A stretch of 64,000 nt of DNA. It comes from a virus. Taxonomy: Duplodnaviria > Heunggongvirae > Uroviricota > Caudoviricetes. Position 1 is the first letter of the stretch. Each line of letters opens with the position of its first letter. Where the stretch lies: IMG/VR virus record IMGVR_UViG_3300010396_000001, positions 68,320-132,319 of that record; one strand, 5' to 3'. The notes beneath the pieces were generated by a model. That model was not told the origin of the DNA. It did not search any database and was given only the letters and a program-made list of their open reading frames with translations. The position numbers were made by a program, and so were the translations under genes. Shown piece after piece: positions 46,601 to 55,302 of this stretch.

Positions 46601-49600
46601 CTCTGCCACCGCCGGGCCCGAGCACGGGCAGACCACTCAGGAGCTGGCCCACCACGCCGCCCACGTGATGACGGGCAGGCGCCAGGCGCGGGAGGAAGCG
46701 CAGCCCCGCGAGGCCTGGGACCGGCGCGTGCGCCCGAGCGAGAAGGATCCTGACGAGCGCCGCCACGGCAAGGACTTCACCTGGCACTATGCCCTGGCCC
46801 TCGACGGCGCCGGGCACCCGGACGCGGCCGACACTGCCCGCCATCATTACCCCGAGGCCCAGGTGCAGGTGGCCCATGAGCGCCACGCCCGCGGCCTGTC
46901 CCGCGACTTCCCCGGCAGCGGCCTGAGCCCCGACATGCCCCCGGACCTGAGCCACCTGCCCCCGATGATCCCCGCCCAGCGCGAGGGCCTTGCGGCGTGG
47001 GATTCCCGCGACTACAGCCGCCGGATGCTGGACGTTGCCCGTGACCCGCAGCCCGGCCTGCGGCTGTGGCGCGGCGAGCGCCGGCCCGCCGCCGATGACG
47101 TCCCCGGCGCGTCCTCGGTCGGCATGCACTGGAGCGCCAAGCCCGAGGCCGTGATCACCGCCCGCGACCGCGGCGACGACACGCGCCCGGTGGTCTGGCA
47201 GGCCCGGCTGGAGCACCCGGACTCCCAGGCCATCCCGCGCTCGCACCCCGTCTGGCGGGGCATCCACCAGTCCATGGACTCCGAGGCCGAGGTGCGGCTG
47301 CGCCCCGGCTCCTCCGTCCACGTCGAGGGCGCCTGGGTCGGTCCCTCCGGGCAGGACAGCACGGTGCACCCGCTTCACCCCGAGCGCAACCCGCCAGGCT
47401 GGAAGTGGCACCCGGTCGGCCGCCACGTCCCGGTCAGCAACCGGCCCGGCGAGCACTCCATGATTGACTACACCGACGCCGGATTCCCGCGCGAGGGCCT
47501 GCTGGAGCACTTCGGCGCCGTCTCCACCCCGTGCCAGACGCCGGGCACCATGTACTCCACCGATATCGGCGAGGACGGCGACGGCCACCTCCAGGTGAGC
47601 ACGCGCACCACGCTGCCCATGGCCGTCGATCTTGATGAGGCCGGGGCGCGGCTGCTGGAAGACCAGCTGCACAACACCACCGAGCTGGTCCTCGCACCGT
47701 ACTTCCGCAAGGATGCCCTGCTGGAGCATTTCGCCACGTATGGCGAGGGCGCGCAGCAGCCCGTCATCCCGGCCAGCCAGTTCCCGAAGGCTCACCTGCC
47801 CCGCACCTGGCGCCACGAGGACGCCAGCCAGGAGTTCCTCAATCGCCTGATGAAGGGCGTCGGGAAAGACGAGCCGATGGAGCCCGTCCGCCCCGTCCGC
47901 GGTCACGACGAGGAGCGCATCCGGGACCTGGAGCCGAGGATCCGCGGCCGCAACGAGCGCAACATGCGCCGCGAGATGGGCGAGCACCTGAAGGGCGATA
48001 ACCCGCTGGCCGAGGCCCTCGACAAGGGCGGCGCCGAGCACAGCGCCGAGGAGCGCGAGCGCGAGCACGGCACGGGCTATGACACCAGCCAGGCCAGCGG
48101 CGTGCCCCTCCAGCCCCGCGGCTACGGGAGCGAGGTGCACCTGCGGTCGTCCTGGCACATGGCCGAGGCGCCGCTGATGAAGCACATCGAGGGCGGCAGC
48201 TGGCCCGACGATGCGACACGCGAGCAGTTCGAGCGCCGCCGCGGCTACGGCCGCAAGCGGGTACGGCGCCTGTGGGAGCGCGCCACCGGCAAGCCTCTGG
48301 CCTGCGAGCACGAGTCCTGCCCGCCGTGGGAGCACCGCGAGGGGCACACGGCTGGCAGGATCGGCCTCATGGCACACTTCGGCTCCTCCGACGGCGACCG
48401 GTTCGTCACCTGCGATCAGGGCCACGACCACTGGGGCGCCTATGGCGCGGCCGGCCTGCTGGTCCGCCACAAGGATCCCCGCGACGGCCGCCAGCGCTAC
48501 CTGCTGCAGAAGCGCTCCCCGTGGGTCCAGCACGGCAGCACCTGGTCCACGCCGGGCGGGGCGATCGGCCAGCACGAGACCCCCGAGGCCGGGGCGATGC
48601 GCGAGGCCCGCGAGGAGCTGGGCCCGCTGCCCCGTGACCTGACCCACCACCACACCGTGACTGATGATCATGGCGGCTGGAAGTACCACACCGTGGTCAT
48701 GGACTCGCCCGGGCGCTTCACCACCCGCGGCGGAGACGACGGCGAGACCGCGGGCTCGGGCTGGTTCACCCACGAGGAGATGCAGAGCCTGCGGCTGCAC
48801 CCCGGCTTCGCGAAGTCCTGGGACACCGTGCGCCGGTCGCGAGTCGATAAGGAAGCCATCCGGCACTGGGATGACAAGACCGCGGGCGGTGTCTACCTCC
48901 GGTTCGGGCACTGGCCTGAGGACGAGCACTCGCGCAACAACGTGACCGGCTTCCGCGAGGAGGGCGTCAGCACTTACGACCTTGATCATGAGGGCCACCC
49001 GAAGGACCCTGATCCCGGCGCCGAGCGCGGCCATTTCCACGATGAGAGCTGCGCGCCGGACTGTGACTTTGACCTGGACAATGAGGATTACGGAAACGAC
49101 ACCCGCGAGGAAATGGAGGGCCGGGTGCGCCGGGCCGAGCGCAACCGGTATGAGGGCCGCGATATCAAGGGCGAGACCGCGCACCTGGTTCGCGGCGACT
49201 TGGCGGGCCTGGGCCACGACGCCGAGCCGATCCTGCGTAACGTGCGCCGGGTTGGCGACTGGATTGATCACCGGCACCTGTTCATCCCCGGTGCGAAGCC
49301 CCACCGGCTGGCTCGCAGCCCGCACGACGAGGACTACGAGCCGCCCGAGGAAGCGCCGCCAGCTCACCACACCGCTGCCTCGGGCTACGACCTCAGCCCC
49401 GGCTCGGGCATGATCAGCCTCGACATCCCGCCCGGCACGATCGAGCCCCATCCCGGCGGCGTCGATGATCACCACATCACCGTGGCGTACCTCGGCAAGG
49501 GCCTGGACGATGAGGCCTACTCGAAGGCCTGCCACCGCGCCCGCGAGGCTGCCGCCTCGGTGCCGGGCCCGTTCGGCGCCGTGCTGCACGGCCTGGGCAC

Positions 49601-49862
49601 CTTCCCGCCGTCGGACTCCTCGGACGGCAAGGTGCCGCTCTACATGAACGTGCACGCGCTCGTCCCGCACATGAGCATGCTGCGTGACCAGCTGGCGGAC
49701 CTGTCGGCCTCCGAGCACAAGGACTGGAAGCCGCACGTCACCCTGGCCTACCTGGAGCCGGGCGAGCAGCTGCCGCCGGAGCGGCGCCCGGCTGGCATCC
49801 GGTTCACGCACCTGTCGGTGCACCGCGGCGATGACACTGCGCGCTTCCCGCTCGGCGGATAG
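43677..49862 (+). CDS. giant polyvalent protein (about 2060 aa): N-terminal Arr-like ADP-ribosyltransferase, ParB-like domain, Nudix hydrolase, C-terminal 2H phosphoesterase
   Basis: Arr-like YYYHGTNRDLKPGDMIEPG...VYTVEPTGPHEDDPEF...HPLRVIEG (43730-44030). ParB-like EGNHRRDAAVELGHSHVP (about 45180-45250). Nudix box GGAIGQHETPEAGAMREAREELG (about 48550-48620). Two HxT motifs HITVAYLG / HVTLAYL (49470-49760). Start GTG at 43677, or alternatively 43662. Confidence 0.75.
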   Translation: MTDLLDHFAAPDLMEHFGAYYYHGTNRDLKPGDMIEPGHEQVWEGSSPHHVYMTPDHDLAHMYAETAAAMKEHGSPRVYTVEPTGPHEDDPEFGRDDDATEGLESYRSAHPLRVIEGAADAGFPNPYHGTAQFGGRPEWSRTWFHGTRGVPEFGERRGHGDDVARTRLPFGERMKGSGWPQPNQMMGVHFSPLHEVAHKFAGSVSSTPSAIVHARLHMSNPAHYPSEMHLNYAVAHWASQHYPHWHDQKVNDHLGWNYSDREGTHRDFSSVPDRKYAHDKAQDVLQWHPHLPEILHGFRQHLREQGHRGITYGNNVEGPYETDATRGGEAGMKAIRKREGMGGSPVSISAIVHPGDIEITHAEHISPWRKEPEPHERTWEAVSDADEPDEMRDRVLAWHREHGGAYPRQERTAARMAASGSQLEGRDYEGTEGNPSHITRTELGMIRTDAIAGLHGVKGERPGEHRNRQGAKWDEFKQDIASNGIRHPVFITVDHGEEPKISEGNHRRDAAVELGHSHVPAEITYFGHAERAGTVESRGLSRHSRQRIDEHLRTHNWCAQCSRDVRKDEWARHVNDHHRTAARSPVMYHASPYHNRAGIARLHPHTAAAGRVWYHGTPDERTWEHGAGYGIHIGTEDAARQALHARIGKPAEGEWDGTREYGKTLLNRDQRRWEWKDGKMTDHVDHHPPSYPDPEGGPSYSGGERIPMDARPSVFPVHIKGPMTNTPDNPHPDFHANGYMHGQIKRGRAKSGYFYTNVSEDEGSISAVVPSAAHLERIHPPHEAARRTTAVSHWQHRDCGVYAYALTQKDPALRIGELSEEEHKMLPAAHRHIRENKVLGDRGQKTAKSEKPTRSKASVNYRHATGKHRCGNCVMFRLHSPDFESGGCTLVKGAIKASDTCDKWYPQDKASKSGGLLAHFGAAEDDEPNRAVHALVEHRVSQQHPEVNEPVTDHTATLRAMLGRASFFMPREEIDSATAGPEHGQTTQELAHHAAHVMTGRRQAREEAQPREAWDRRVRPSEKDPDERRHGKDFTWHYALALDGAGHPDAADTARHHYPEAQVQVAHERHARGLSRDFPGSGLSPDMPPDLSHLPPMIPAQREGLAAWDSRDYSRRMLDVARDPQPGLRLWRGERRPAADDVPGASSVGMHWSAKPEAVITARDRGDDTRPVVWQARLEHPDSQAIPRSHPVWRGIHQSMDSEAEVRLRPGSSVHVEGAWVGPSGQDSTVHPLHPERNPPGWKWHPVGRHVPVSNRPGEHSMIDYTDAGFPREGLLEHFGAVSTPCQTPGTMYSTDIGEDGDGHLQVSTRTTLPMAVDLDEAGARLLEDQLHNTTELVLAPYFRKDALLEHFATYGEGAQQPVIPASQFPKAHLPRTWRHEDASQEFLNRLMKGVGKDEPMEPVRPVRGHDEERIRDLEPRIRGRNERNMRREMGEHLKGDNPLAEALDKGGAEHSAEEREREHGTGYDTSQASGVPLQPRGYGSEVHLRSSWHMAEAPLMKHIEGGSWPDDATREQFERRRGYGRKRVRRLWERATGKPLACEHESCPPWEHREGHTAGRIGLMAHFGSSDGDRFVTCDQGHDHWGAYGAAGLLVRHKDPRDGRQRYLLQKRSPWVQHGSTWSTPGGAIGQHETPEAGAMREAREELGPLPRDLTHHHTVTDDHGGWKYHTVVMDSPGRFTTRGGDDGETAGSGWFTHEEMQSLRLHPGFAKSWDTVRRSRVDKEAIRHWDDKTAGGVYLRFGHWPEDEHSRNNVTGFREEGVSTYDLDHEGHPKDPDPGAERGHFHDESCAPDCDFDLDNEDYGNDTREEMEGRVRRAERNRYEGRDIKGETAHLVRGDLAGLGHDAEPILRNVRRVGDWIDHRHLFIPGAKPHRLARSPHDEDYEPPEEAPPAHHTAASGYDLSPGSGMISLDIPPGTIEPHPGGVDDHHITVAYLGKGLDDEAYSKACHRAREAAASVPGPFGAVLHGLGTFPPSDSSDGKVPLYMNVHALVPHMSMLRDQLADLSASEHKDWKPHVTLAYLEPGEQLPPERRPAGIRFTHLSVHRGDDTARFPLGG

Positions 49863-49871
49863 GCTCGCGCC

Positions 49872-50099
49872 ATGATCGTTGTCTATGCCGTCACCCTGAG
49901 CCTGCCCGATGACGCTGCGATTGACGAGGCCGACCGGCGCCTGAGCGCCCTGGTCACCGAGCTGGATCCCGGCACGGCGCTCCTGCAGCGCAGCGTCTCC
50001 GAGAAGAAGCCTGACTACCGGGCCGCGGGCCTGCTGCACGGCGGCGAGCCCCGCCTCGGGGGCGCCATCCCGATAGCGGGAGCGGCCGTCGGGGGCTAG
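49872..50099 (+). CDS. small hypothetical protein
   Basis: 75-aa ORF between the giant gene and the AAA gene. Confidence 0.3.
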   Translation: MIVVYAVTLSLPDDAAIDEADRRLSALVTELDPGTALLQRSVSEKKPDYRAAGLLHGGEPRLGGAIPIAGAAVGG

Positions 50100-50101
50100 G
50101 C

Positions 50102-51385
50102 TTGCCCGCCGTGACCTCGCATACCATCTTCGACCCCGATGACGACGCGCCCCCGGTCTCTGACCTGATCACCCTGCTGAGGGAGCGGGCGCCCCGGATC
50201 GCGCTCAGCCTGGCCGCGGGACAGGCTGCCTGGCCGGCCGTGCAGTGGGCCCGCGAGCAGGTGAAGGACCGCTTCACCTACACCGTGAAGATCCCCGGCA
50301 CCGACGTCCTGTACGACATCCTGCACGAGTGGGTGCTCTCCCGGCTGGAGACCAGCCGCCAGCGCGCCCTGGTCGCCTGGTCAGGCCATATGTACGGGCT
50401 CATCGCCCCCGACAGCTCGCGCACCCGCGCCCCCATCCCGTCGCTGCGGCTGCGCTACGACGGCTCGCGCGAGCAGGTCGTCATGCTGGGCCAGTACAAG
50501 ATCCGGGTCTCGGTGACCGAGTACGACGTCACCACGTCCGCCCAGCGGGAGAAGCCACCGGAGATCATCTTCACGATGCGCTCGGCCGGCGCCCGTGACG
50601 CCTTCCTGACGATGCTGGCTGACCTGCTGCGCCACCACCACGAGGCTGAGCGCAAGCCCGCGTTCCGGATGCTGGACACCTGGGGCGACTGGGCCAAGCT
50701 CGACGACCTGCCGCCGCGGGCCCTGGACAGCGTCGTGCTGCCGAAGGGCCAGCTGGAGCGCCTGGCCGCTGATGTCCAGCGGTTCCTGGACTCTGAGGAG
50801 GTGTACGTCCGGCGCTCCCTGCCCTGGCACCGGGGGCACCTGTACGAGGGACCGCCCGGCACCGGCAAGACCTCGGTCGCCCGCGCCCTGGCCAGCCACT
50901 TCGGGCTCGACCTGTGGTACCTGCCGCTGGCCGACGTCAAGAAGGACAGCGAGCTGATCGGCATGCTGCGCTCGATCGGCCCGCGCTCCATGCTGCTGCT
51001 GGAGGACATCGACGTCTTCCACGCCGCTACCAAGCGCACCGACGAGGAGGGCGGCCTGACGCTGTCCGGGCTGCTGAACGCCCTGGACGGCATCGCCACC
51101 CCGCACGGGCTGCTGACCGTGGCCACGACCAACAAGCCCGGCGTGCTCGACGACGCCGTGGACCGGCCCGGCCGCCTGGACCTGCGCGAGCACTTCGGCC
51201 TCGCCGGCGACGACCAGGCCGCCCGGCTCGTCGAGCGGTTCTACGGAGAGGTCCTGACCATGGAGGAGTCCGAGGGGCTCGGCGGCCTGGTCCCGGCCGC
51301 GATCGTGGAGACCTGCAAGCTGCATGAGGACATGCGCGATGCCGCGGACTCACTGCGCCGGCAGCTGCGCCCCCTGGTGGGCTAG
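50102..51385 (+). CDS. AAA+ ATPase (classical AAA, BCS1/FtsH-like) with an uncharacterised N-terminal domain
   Basis: LYEGPPGTGKTSVARALA (Walker A), LLLEDIDV (Walker B), TTNKPGVLDDAVDRPGRLD (second region of homology with Arg finger). TTG/GTG start region at 50102-50111. Confidence 0.8.
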   Translation: MPAVTSHTIFDPDDDAPPVSDLITLLRERAPRIALSLAAGQAAWPAVQWAREQVKDRFTYTVKIPGTDVLYDILHEWVLSRLETSRQRALVAWSGHMYGLIAPDSSRTRAPIPSLRLRYDGSREQVVMLGQYKIRVSVTEYDVTTSAQREKPPEIIFTMRSAGARDAFLTMLADLLRHHHEAERKPAFRMLDTWGDWAKLDDLPPRALDSVVLPKGQLERLAADVQRFLDSEEVYVRRSLPWHRGHLYEGPPGTGKTSVARALASHFGLDLWYLPLADVKKDSELIGMLRSIGPRSMLLLEDIDVFHAATKRTDEEGGLTLSGLLNALDGIATPHGLLTVATTNKPGVLDDAVDRPGRLDLREHFGLAGDDQAARLVERFYGEVLTMEESEGLGGLVPAAIVETCKLHEDMRDAADSLRRQLRPLVG

Positions 51386-51395
51386 GATCCCCGCT

Positions 51396-51665
51396 ATGGC
51401 TGTTGACAAGAAGTACGGCAGGGTCACGCTGGAGCACGGGAACATCGGCGAGGACGAGCCGGTCATGGTGTTCCGGGCGCAGGATAAGCTGCTGCCGCCG
51501 CTGATTGCTTACTACCTCATGCTCTGCCTGAACGCGGGCTCGCCCATGCGTCACCTCCGCCTCGTGAGCGAGCGGCATGACGAGATCGTCGCCTGGCAGG
51601 ACGAGCACCACTCCCGGGTGCCCAACAGCGAGAGCAGCCGCGCCTGGATGGAGAACGGCGCATGA
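51396..51665 (+). CDS. hypothetical protein
   Basis: In-frame ATG at 51396 of ORF 51324..51665. Confidence 0.45.
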   Translation: MAVDKKYGRVTLEHGNIGEDEPVMVFRAQDKLLPPLIAYYLMLCLNAGSPMRHLRLVSERHDEIVAWQDEHHSRVPNSESSRAWMENGA

Positions 51666-51687
51666 CCGTCACCCGCACCCCGGCCTG

Positions 51688-51963
51688 ATGGCCGGCCGGG
51701 TCACGCAGGTCATCCGGCCAGGTGATGTCTTCGGCCGGCTGACCGTGACCGCGGAGTCCGCGGTCTACCAGAACGGCAAGCGGCGCCGGATCGGCATCTG
51801 CAGCTGCTCATGCGGCGCCCGCTCTGTTTCCGTCCTGGTGAGCGCGCTCGCTGCCGGGGACACGCGCTCATGCGGCTGCCTGCGCCGCGAGGTGCGGGCC
51901 GCTCTCAACCAGGGCCTCCCGGCCTCCTCGGTGCCGGTGTCGCCAGTGCCCGCTGACTGCTAG
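51688..51963 (+). CDS. small Cys-rich hypothetical protein
   Basis: ATG at 51688. CSCSCG...SCGC cluster. Confidence 0.4.
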   Translation: MAGRVTQVIRPGDVFGRLTVTAESAVYQNGKRRRIGICSCSCGARSVSVLVSALAAGDTRSCGCLRREVRAALNQGLPASSVPVSPVPADC

Positions 51964-52071
51964 GGTCCGTTCCATGGCTTCTCCCACCGCCATCGAGACC
52001 GGAGGCGATCCGCGGGTCATGTTCCGCGCCTTCATCAGCGCTTATCATGACCGCGATCATAAGGAGGACCG

Positions 52072-52275
52072 GTGAACGCGGACCGGCGCGCCCGCAAGAA
52101 AGAGAACCGCACGAGCGCGGGAAAGACGCACGAGCACCTGAAAGGGCTGCGCTGCACGGTATGCCAGCCCCTGGGCGCCCCTGACGTTCCCGCCTTCATC
52201 GACAAGGCGGCGGCCTGGCGCAGTCCGGCCCGGTCTCTGCTGGGCGGCCGGCGCGGCGGAAGGCGCACGCGGTGA
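52072..52275 (+). CDS. small basic hypothetical protein
   Basis: GTG start with strong RBS AAGGAGGA. Confidence 0.35.
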   Translation: MNADRRARKKENRTSAGKTHEHLKGLRCTVCQPLGAPDVPAFIDKAAAWRSPARSLLGGRRGGRRTR

Positions 52276-52532
52276 GGCTGACGGGCCTGCGGAGGGCAGC
52301 ACGGGCGCACCGGCACGTCGGCATGCGCCTGGTTATCGCCGCGGATGCTTTCATGGCGGATATCCCGGTGCCCGCCCTCTACTGCGAGAGCACCGGGGAC
52401 CGGGCACAGTGGCGCATCCCGGAGGGAATCCTGCCGCCGGGAATTCAGATCACGGTTGAGGGTGACCCTTTCCCGGTAAGCGCCGGGCACTGGTTTAATC
52501 CCCGCAGTCACAAGAAGGGTATTCCCGGATGA
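52272..52532 (+). CDS. small hypothetical protein
   Basis: GTG start overlapping the upstream stop. Confidence 0.35.
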   Translation: MRLTGLRRAARAHRHVGMRLVIAADAFMADIPVPALYCESTGDRAQWRIPEGILPPGIQITVEGDPFPVSAGHWFNPRSHKKGIPG

Positions 52533-52747
52533 AGATCGCGGAGTATCCGCAGCGCAAGTGCCGCATTAATGTCGCAGGCGACTGGCAGGATTACCCGTGC
52601 GAGGTGCGCGAGTATCACCCCGGTCCCTGCGCCACTCGCTCAGTCGCCCGCAGCGTGACCGCCCGCGAGGCATTCGAGAAGGCCAACCCGGAATGGGAGA
52701 AGCAGATGAAGTACGACGATCCGTTCGGGGGGCCGAAGCCATCATGA
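52529..52747 (+). CDS. small Cys-containing hypothetical protein
   Basis: ATGA overlaps at both ends. Confidence 0.4.
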   Translation: MKIAEYPQRKCRINVAGDWQDYPCEVREYHPGPCATRSVARSVTAREAFEKANPEWEKQMKYDDPFGGPKPS

Positions 52748-53058
52748 GCAAGGACGAGTTCCCGGGCCTGCTGAAGGACCTGCTCTTCCTGCTCGATCAT
52801 GAAGCGGCCTGCGGCATAAGCGAGATCATCCGCCAGCGCCGTCTCCAGCTCGACCGCGGTTATACCCCCGAGCATGACCGGGACGAGAACTCGCCTCTTG
52901 TGGACCGGGCCGTCGACGCCATTGAAGGCGCTCGCGCCTGTGACAAGGGCCCCGTGCATTCCTACGCCAAGGCCGGGGCCCTGCTCGCCGCCGAGATCGA
53001 CCGCTACCGCACGCCGACCGCGGCCACGCAGGCCTACGGCGCCACGGGGTGCACATGA
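52744..53058 (+). CDS. hypothetical protein
   Basis: In-frame ATG at 52744 (ATGA overlap). Confidence 0.45.
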   Translation: MSKDEFPGLLKDLLFLLDHEAACGISEIIRQRRLQLDRGYTPEHDRDENSPLVDRAVDAIEGARACDKGPVHSYAKAGALLAAEIDRYRTPTAATQAYGATGCT

Positions 53059-53393
53059 TGGTCCCCGTCCGCATCCGCCAGGACATCGTGTGCAGCATCC
53101 CGGAGATTGCCTACGTTTATGGCCAGGAGGTCAGGCGGTACCTCCCGGCTGTGCCGCGCTCCGGGGACTTTGTCGAGCTGGCGCCCGGATGGTCCTCAGC
53201 CGTCGTGGATTACACGACTTTCTGCGCTGATCCTGATGAGCCAGCAGACGTAAAGCTCAGGACGATCAAGACTGATAATCCCGAGACCATTGAAGAGCAT
53301 CAGCAGCTCGTCGATGAGCACGGCTGGAGATGGAATACCCCTCCGCCGGACCCGGATTACGTGGCCAGCGTCCGGCGGCGGAAGGAGCGCTGA
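53055..53393 (+). CDS. hypothetical protein
   Basis: 113-aa ORF, coupled. Confidence 0.45.
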   Translation: MMVPVRIRQDIVCSIPEIAYVYGQEVRRYLPAVPRSGDFVELAPGWSSAVVDYTTFCADPDEPADVKLRTIKTDNPETIEEHQQLVDEHGWRWNTPPPDPDYVASVRRRKER

Positions 53394-53596
53394 TGGCCGC
53401 GCCGGGGGACCACGGCCTGGAGAATGCTCAGCGCAAGACCAGGGCCGACAAGGGCCGCTGCACGCGCGTCTTCGTGCCCCTGACTGCCGACGGCAGCCGT
53501 ACCAATTACCGGCGCACCTGCCTGTGCGGCGGTCGCAAGGACCACGAGCCGCCTCACCGCTGCCCGGCATGCGGCGGTACCTGGGAAGGACCCTGA
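53393..53596 (+). CDS. small zinc-ribbon protein
   Basis: CLCGG...HRCPACGG motif. ATG overlaps the upstream stop. Confidence 0.4.
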   Translation: MAAPGDHGLENAQRKTRADKGRCTRVFVPLTADGSRTNYRRTCLCGGRKDHEPPHRCPACGGTWEGP

Positions 53597-53598
53597 CC

Positions 53599-54174
53599 AT
53601 GACAGACGGCCGCCAGCTGGCCCTGGACAAGGTCCTGGAGACCTACGCTGCTGCCCCCATGCTGCAGGAGCTGGCCGCCCGGAGCCCGCTCGTGCGGCCG
53701 TCCGGGCCGCTGAATGCGCCGCTCATGCTCGTCGGCGAGGCCCCCGGCCGCGACGAGGTCATCCAGGGCGCGCCGTTCGTCGGGGCCGCGGGCACGCTGC
53801 TCGATCACCTGCTGGAGCGCGCCGGGATCATCCGCCGTTACGCCTACGTGACTAATACCGTGCTGTACCGGCCGCCGGGCAACCGCACGCCGTACCCGTT
53901 CGAGATCCAGGTCTCGGCGCCGCGCCTGCAGCAGGAGATCATGATCGTCCGGCCCGAGATCGTCATCGCGCTCGGCAGTACCGCGGCCAGGGCCATCGGC
54001 CCGCGTAACGTCCCCGTGACCGAGCTGCGCGGGAAGTGGCATGCCCTCAACACCGGCGATCACCACTGTGACCTGCTGGTGACCTGGCATCCGGCCGCTG
54101 CCCTCCGCGACCGCACGGCCGAGCAGGAGCTGGCAAAGCACCTGATTACCGTCATGAACCGGGAAGCCGCATGA
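53599..54174 (+). CDS. uracil-DNA glycosylase, family 4 (SPO1-type)
   Basis: LMLVGEAPGRDEVIQGAPFVGAAG (GEAPG...E...PFVG motif A) and TWHPAAALR (HPS/A..LR motif B). Confidence 0.75.
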   Translation: MTDGRQLALDKVLETYAAAPMLQELAARSPLVRPSGPLNAPLMLVGEAPGRDEVIQGAPFVGAAGTLLDHLLERAGIIRRYAYVTNTVLYRPPGNRTPYPFEIQVSAPRLQQEIMIVRPEIVIALGSTAARAIGPRNVPVTELRGKWHALNTGDHHCDLLVTWHPAAALRDRTAEQELAKHLITVMNREAA

Positions 54175-54476
54175 ATGATCCCCTAGGCCCGAAGAGCCGC
54201 AGCGTCGTGCCGCCGCCGGATGCGCTGCGCCCGGATGCGCCCGAGGAGGAAGAGAGCGTCGAGGCCGACTGGGTGCCGGTGGCCCGCTGGCCGGCCGAGG
54301 CCCTGGAGGCGATCGAGGACATCGAGGAGATCCAGCGCGTCCAGCTGCGGCTGAAGAACGCCCTGGACACCCCGGCGGTGGGCCAGGCCCGCCGTATCCT
54401 GGAGGCAGGCCTGAACGGGCGCCGCGAGGAGCTGGCCACTGCCATCGTGAGGCTGCACGGCGGCCAGGAGGAGTAA
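54171..54476 (+). CDS. hypothetical acidic protein
   Basis: 101-aa ORF, coupled. Confidence 0.45.
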   Translation: MNDPLGPKSRSVVPPPDALRPDAPEEEESVEADWVPVARWPAEALEAIEDIEEIQRVQLRLKNALDTPAVGQARRILEAGLNGRREELATAIVRLHGGQEE

Positions 54477-54691
54477 TGGCAGCGGGCTGCTATGAGTGCG
54501 ACTGGAGGACCCCCGAGGTCGTCCGGCACATCGCGGGCTGCCAGGCGACCTGGCACGTCTATGAAGAGCACCCGGTCACCTGGGCGCTGACTGCAGGTGA
54601 CCGGCCGCCCGCCGATCCGGACGCCCGCATCCCCGAGATCTACATGGCGCTGTCCTTCGCTCACGGCATGGGGGCGTGCCTTGTCGGATGA
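54476..54691 (+). CDS. small hypothetical protein
   Basis: 71-aa ORF, ATG overlapping the upstream stop. Confidence 0.4.
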   Translation: MAAGCYECDWRTPEVVRHIAGCQATWHVYEEHPVTWALTAGDRPPADPDARIPEIYMALSFAHGMGACLVG

Positions 54692-54905
54692 CAGCGAAGA
54701 GCAGCTCGTCCGGGAGCTTCAGGCAGCTCACGCCGATCAGCAGCGCGTGCTTGCCGAGATGGTTGTGGTCGCGCAGCGGCGGCGCGCCGCCGTCGAGGCC
54801 CTGCGCAGGCGGGGCCGGTCGCAGACCTGGATAGCCGCCCGCATCGGGATAAGCAAGCAGGCCGTCTCGCTGCTGCTGAAGGGAAGTCCGCTTCGTGGCG
54901 GGTAA
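54679..54905 (+). CDS. small helix-turn-helix protein (start uncertain, possibly TTG)
   Basis: C-terminal QTWIAARIGISKQAVSLLLKG HTH. There is no ATG after the previous stop. Confidence 0.35.
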
Positions 54906-55194
54906 GGGCACGACCTACTTGATTCACCTCGATCAGCCGCTCGGGCATGCCCGGCACTATCTCGGCTGGGCCAAGAACCTGAAGCGCCGGCTCGACCATC
55001 ACGCCGCAGGCACCGGAGCCCGGATGCTGGCTGTCTGCATCGAGCGCGGCATCACCTGGCAGCTGGCCCGCACCTGGCCTGATACCACCCGCGCCCGTGA
55101 GGCCCAGCTGAAGAAGCAGGGCGGCCGGGCCCGCATGTGCCCCCTGTGCGGCGTGGTGCCCTCGGAGCGCCTTGATCCGCGGCGGGCCGCCTGA
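54895..55194 (+). CDS. GIY-YIG nuclease superfamily protein (YhbQ/UPF0213-like)
   Basis: GTG start. TYLIHLDQ...HYLGWAKNLKRRLDHHAAGTGARML matches the GIY-(10)-YIG...R...H..G arrangement. Confidence 0.55.
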   Translation: MAGKGTTYLIHLDQPLGHARHYLGWAKNLKRRLDHHAAGTGARMLAVCIERGITWQLARTWPDTTRAREAQLKKQGGRARMCPLCGVVPSERLDPRRAA

Positions 55195-55302
55195 TCACCT
55201 CAGGGCCCGGCCGGGCGCGGGCTTTCGCCCTGCACTGCAGTCGGTGCTCGCGGAGCTTTTCTGCTGCAGCCGCCCGGCCGGACGCTCAGGTGCCAGGACT
55301 GG

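Noticed and set aside
38102-50039. Very long minus-strand ORFs (38102..39865, 43998..45737, 46329..50039) antisense to the giant genes
   Set aside because: Expected open frames in high-GC DNA. Their translations are Ala/Gly/Arg/Val-rich low-complexity sequence, while the + strand frames carry ParB, Arr-like, Nudix and 2H motifs.
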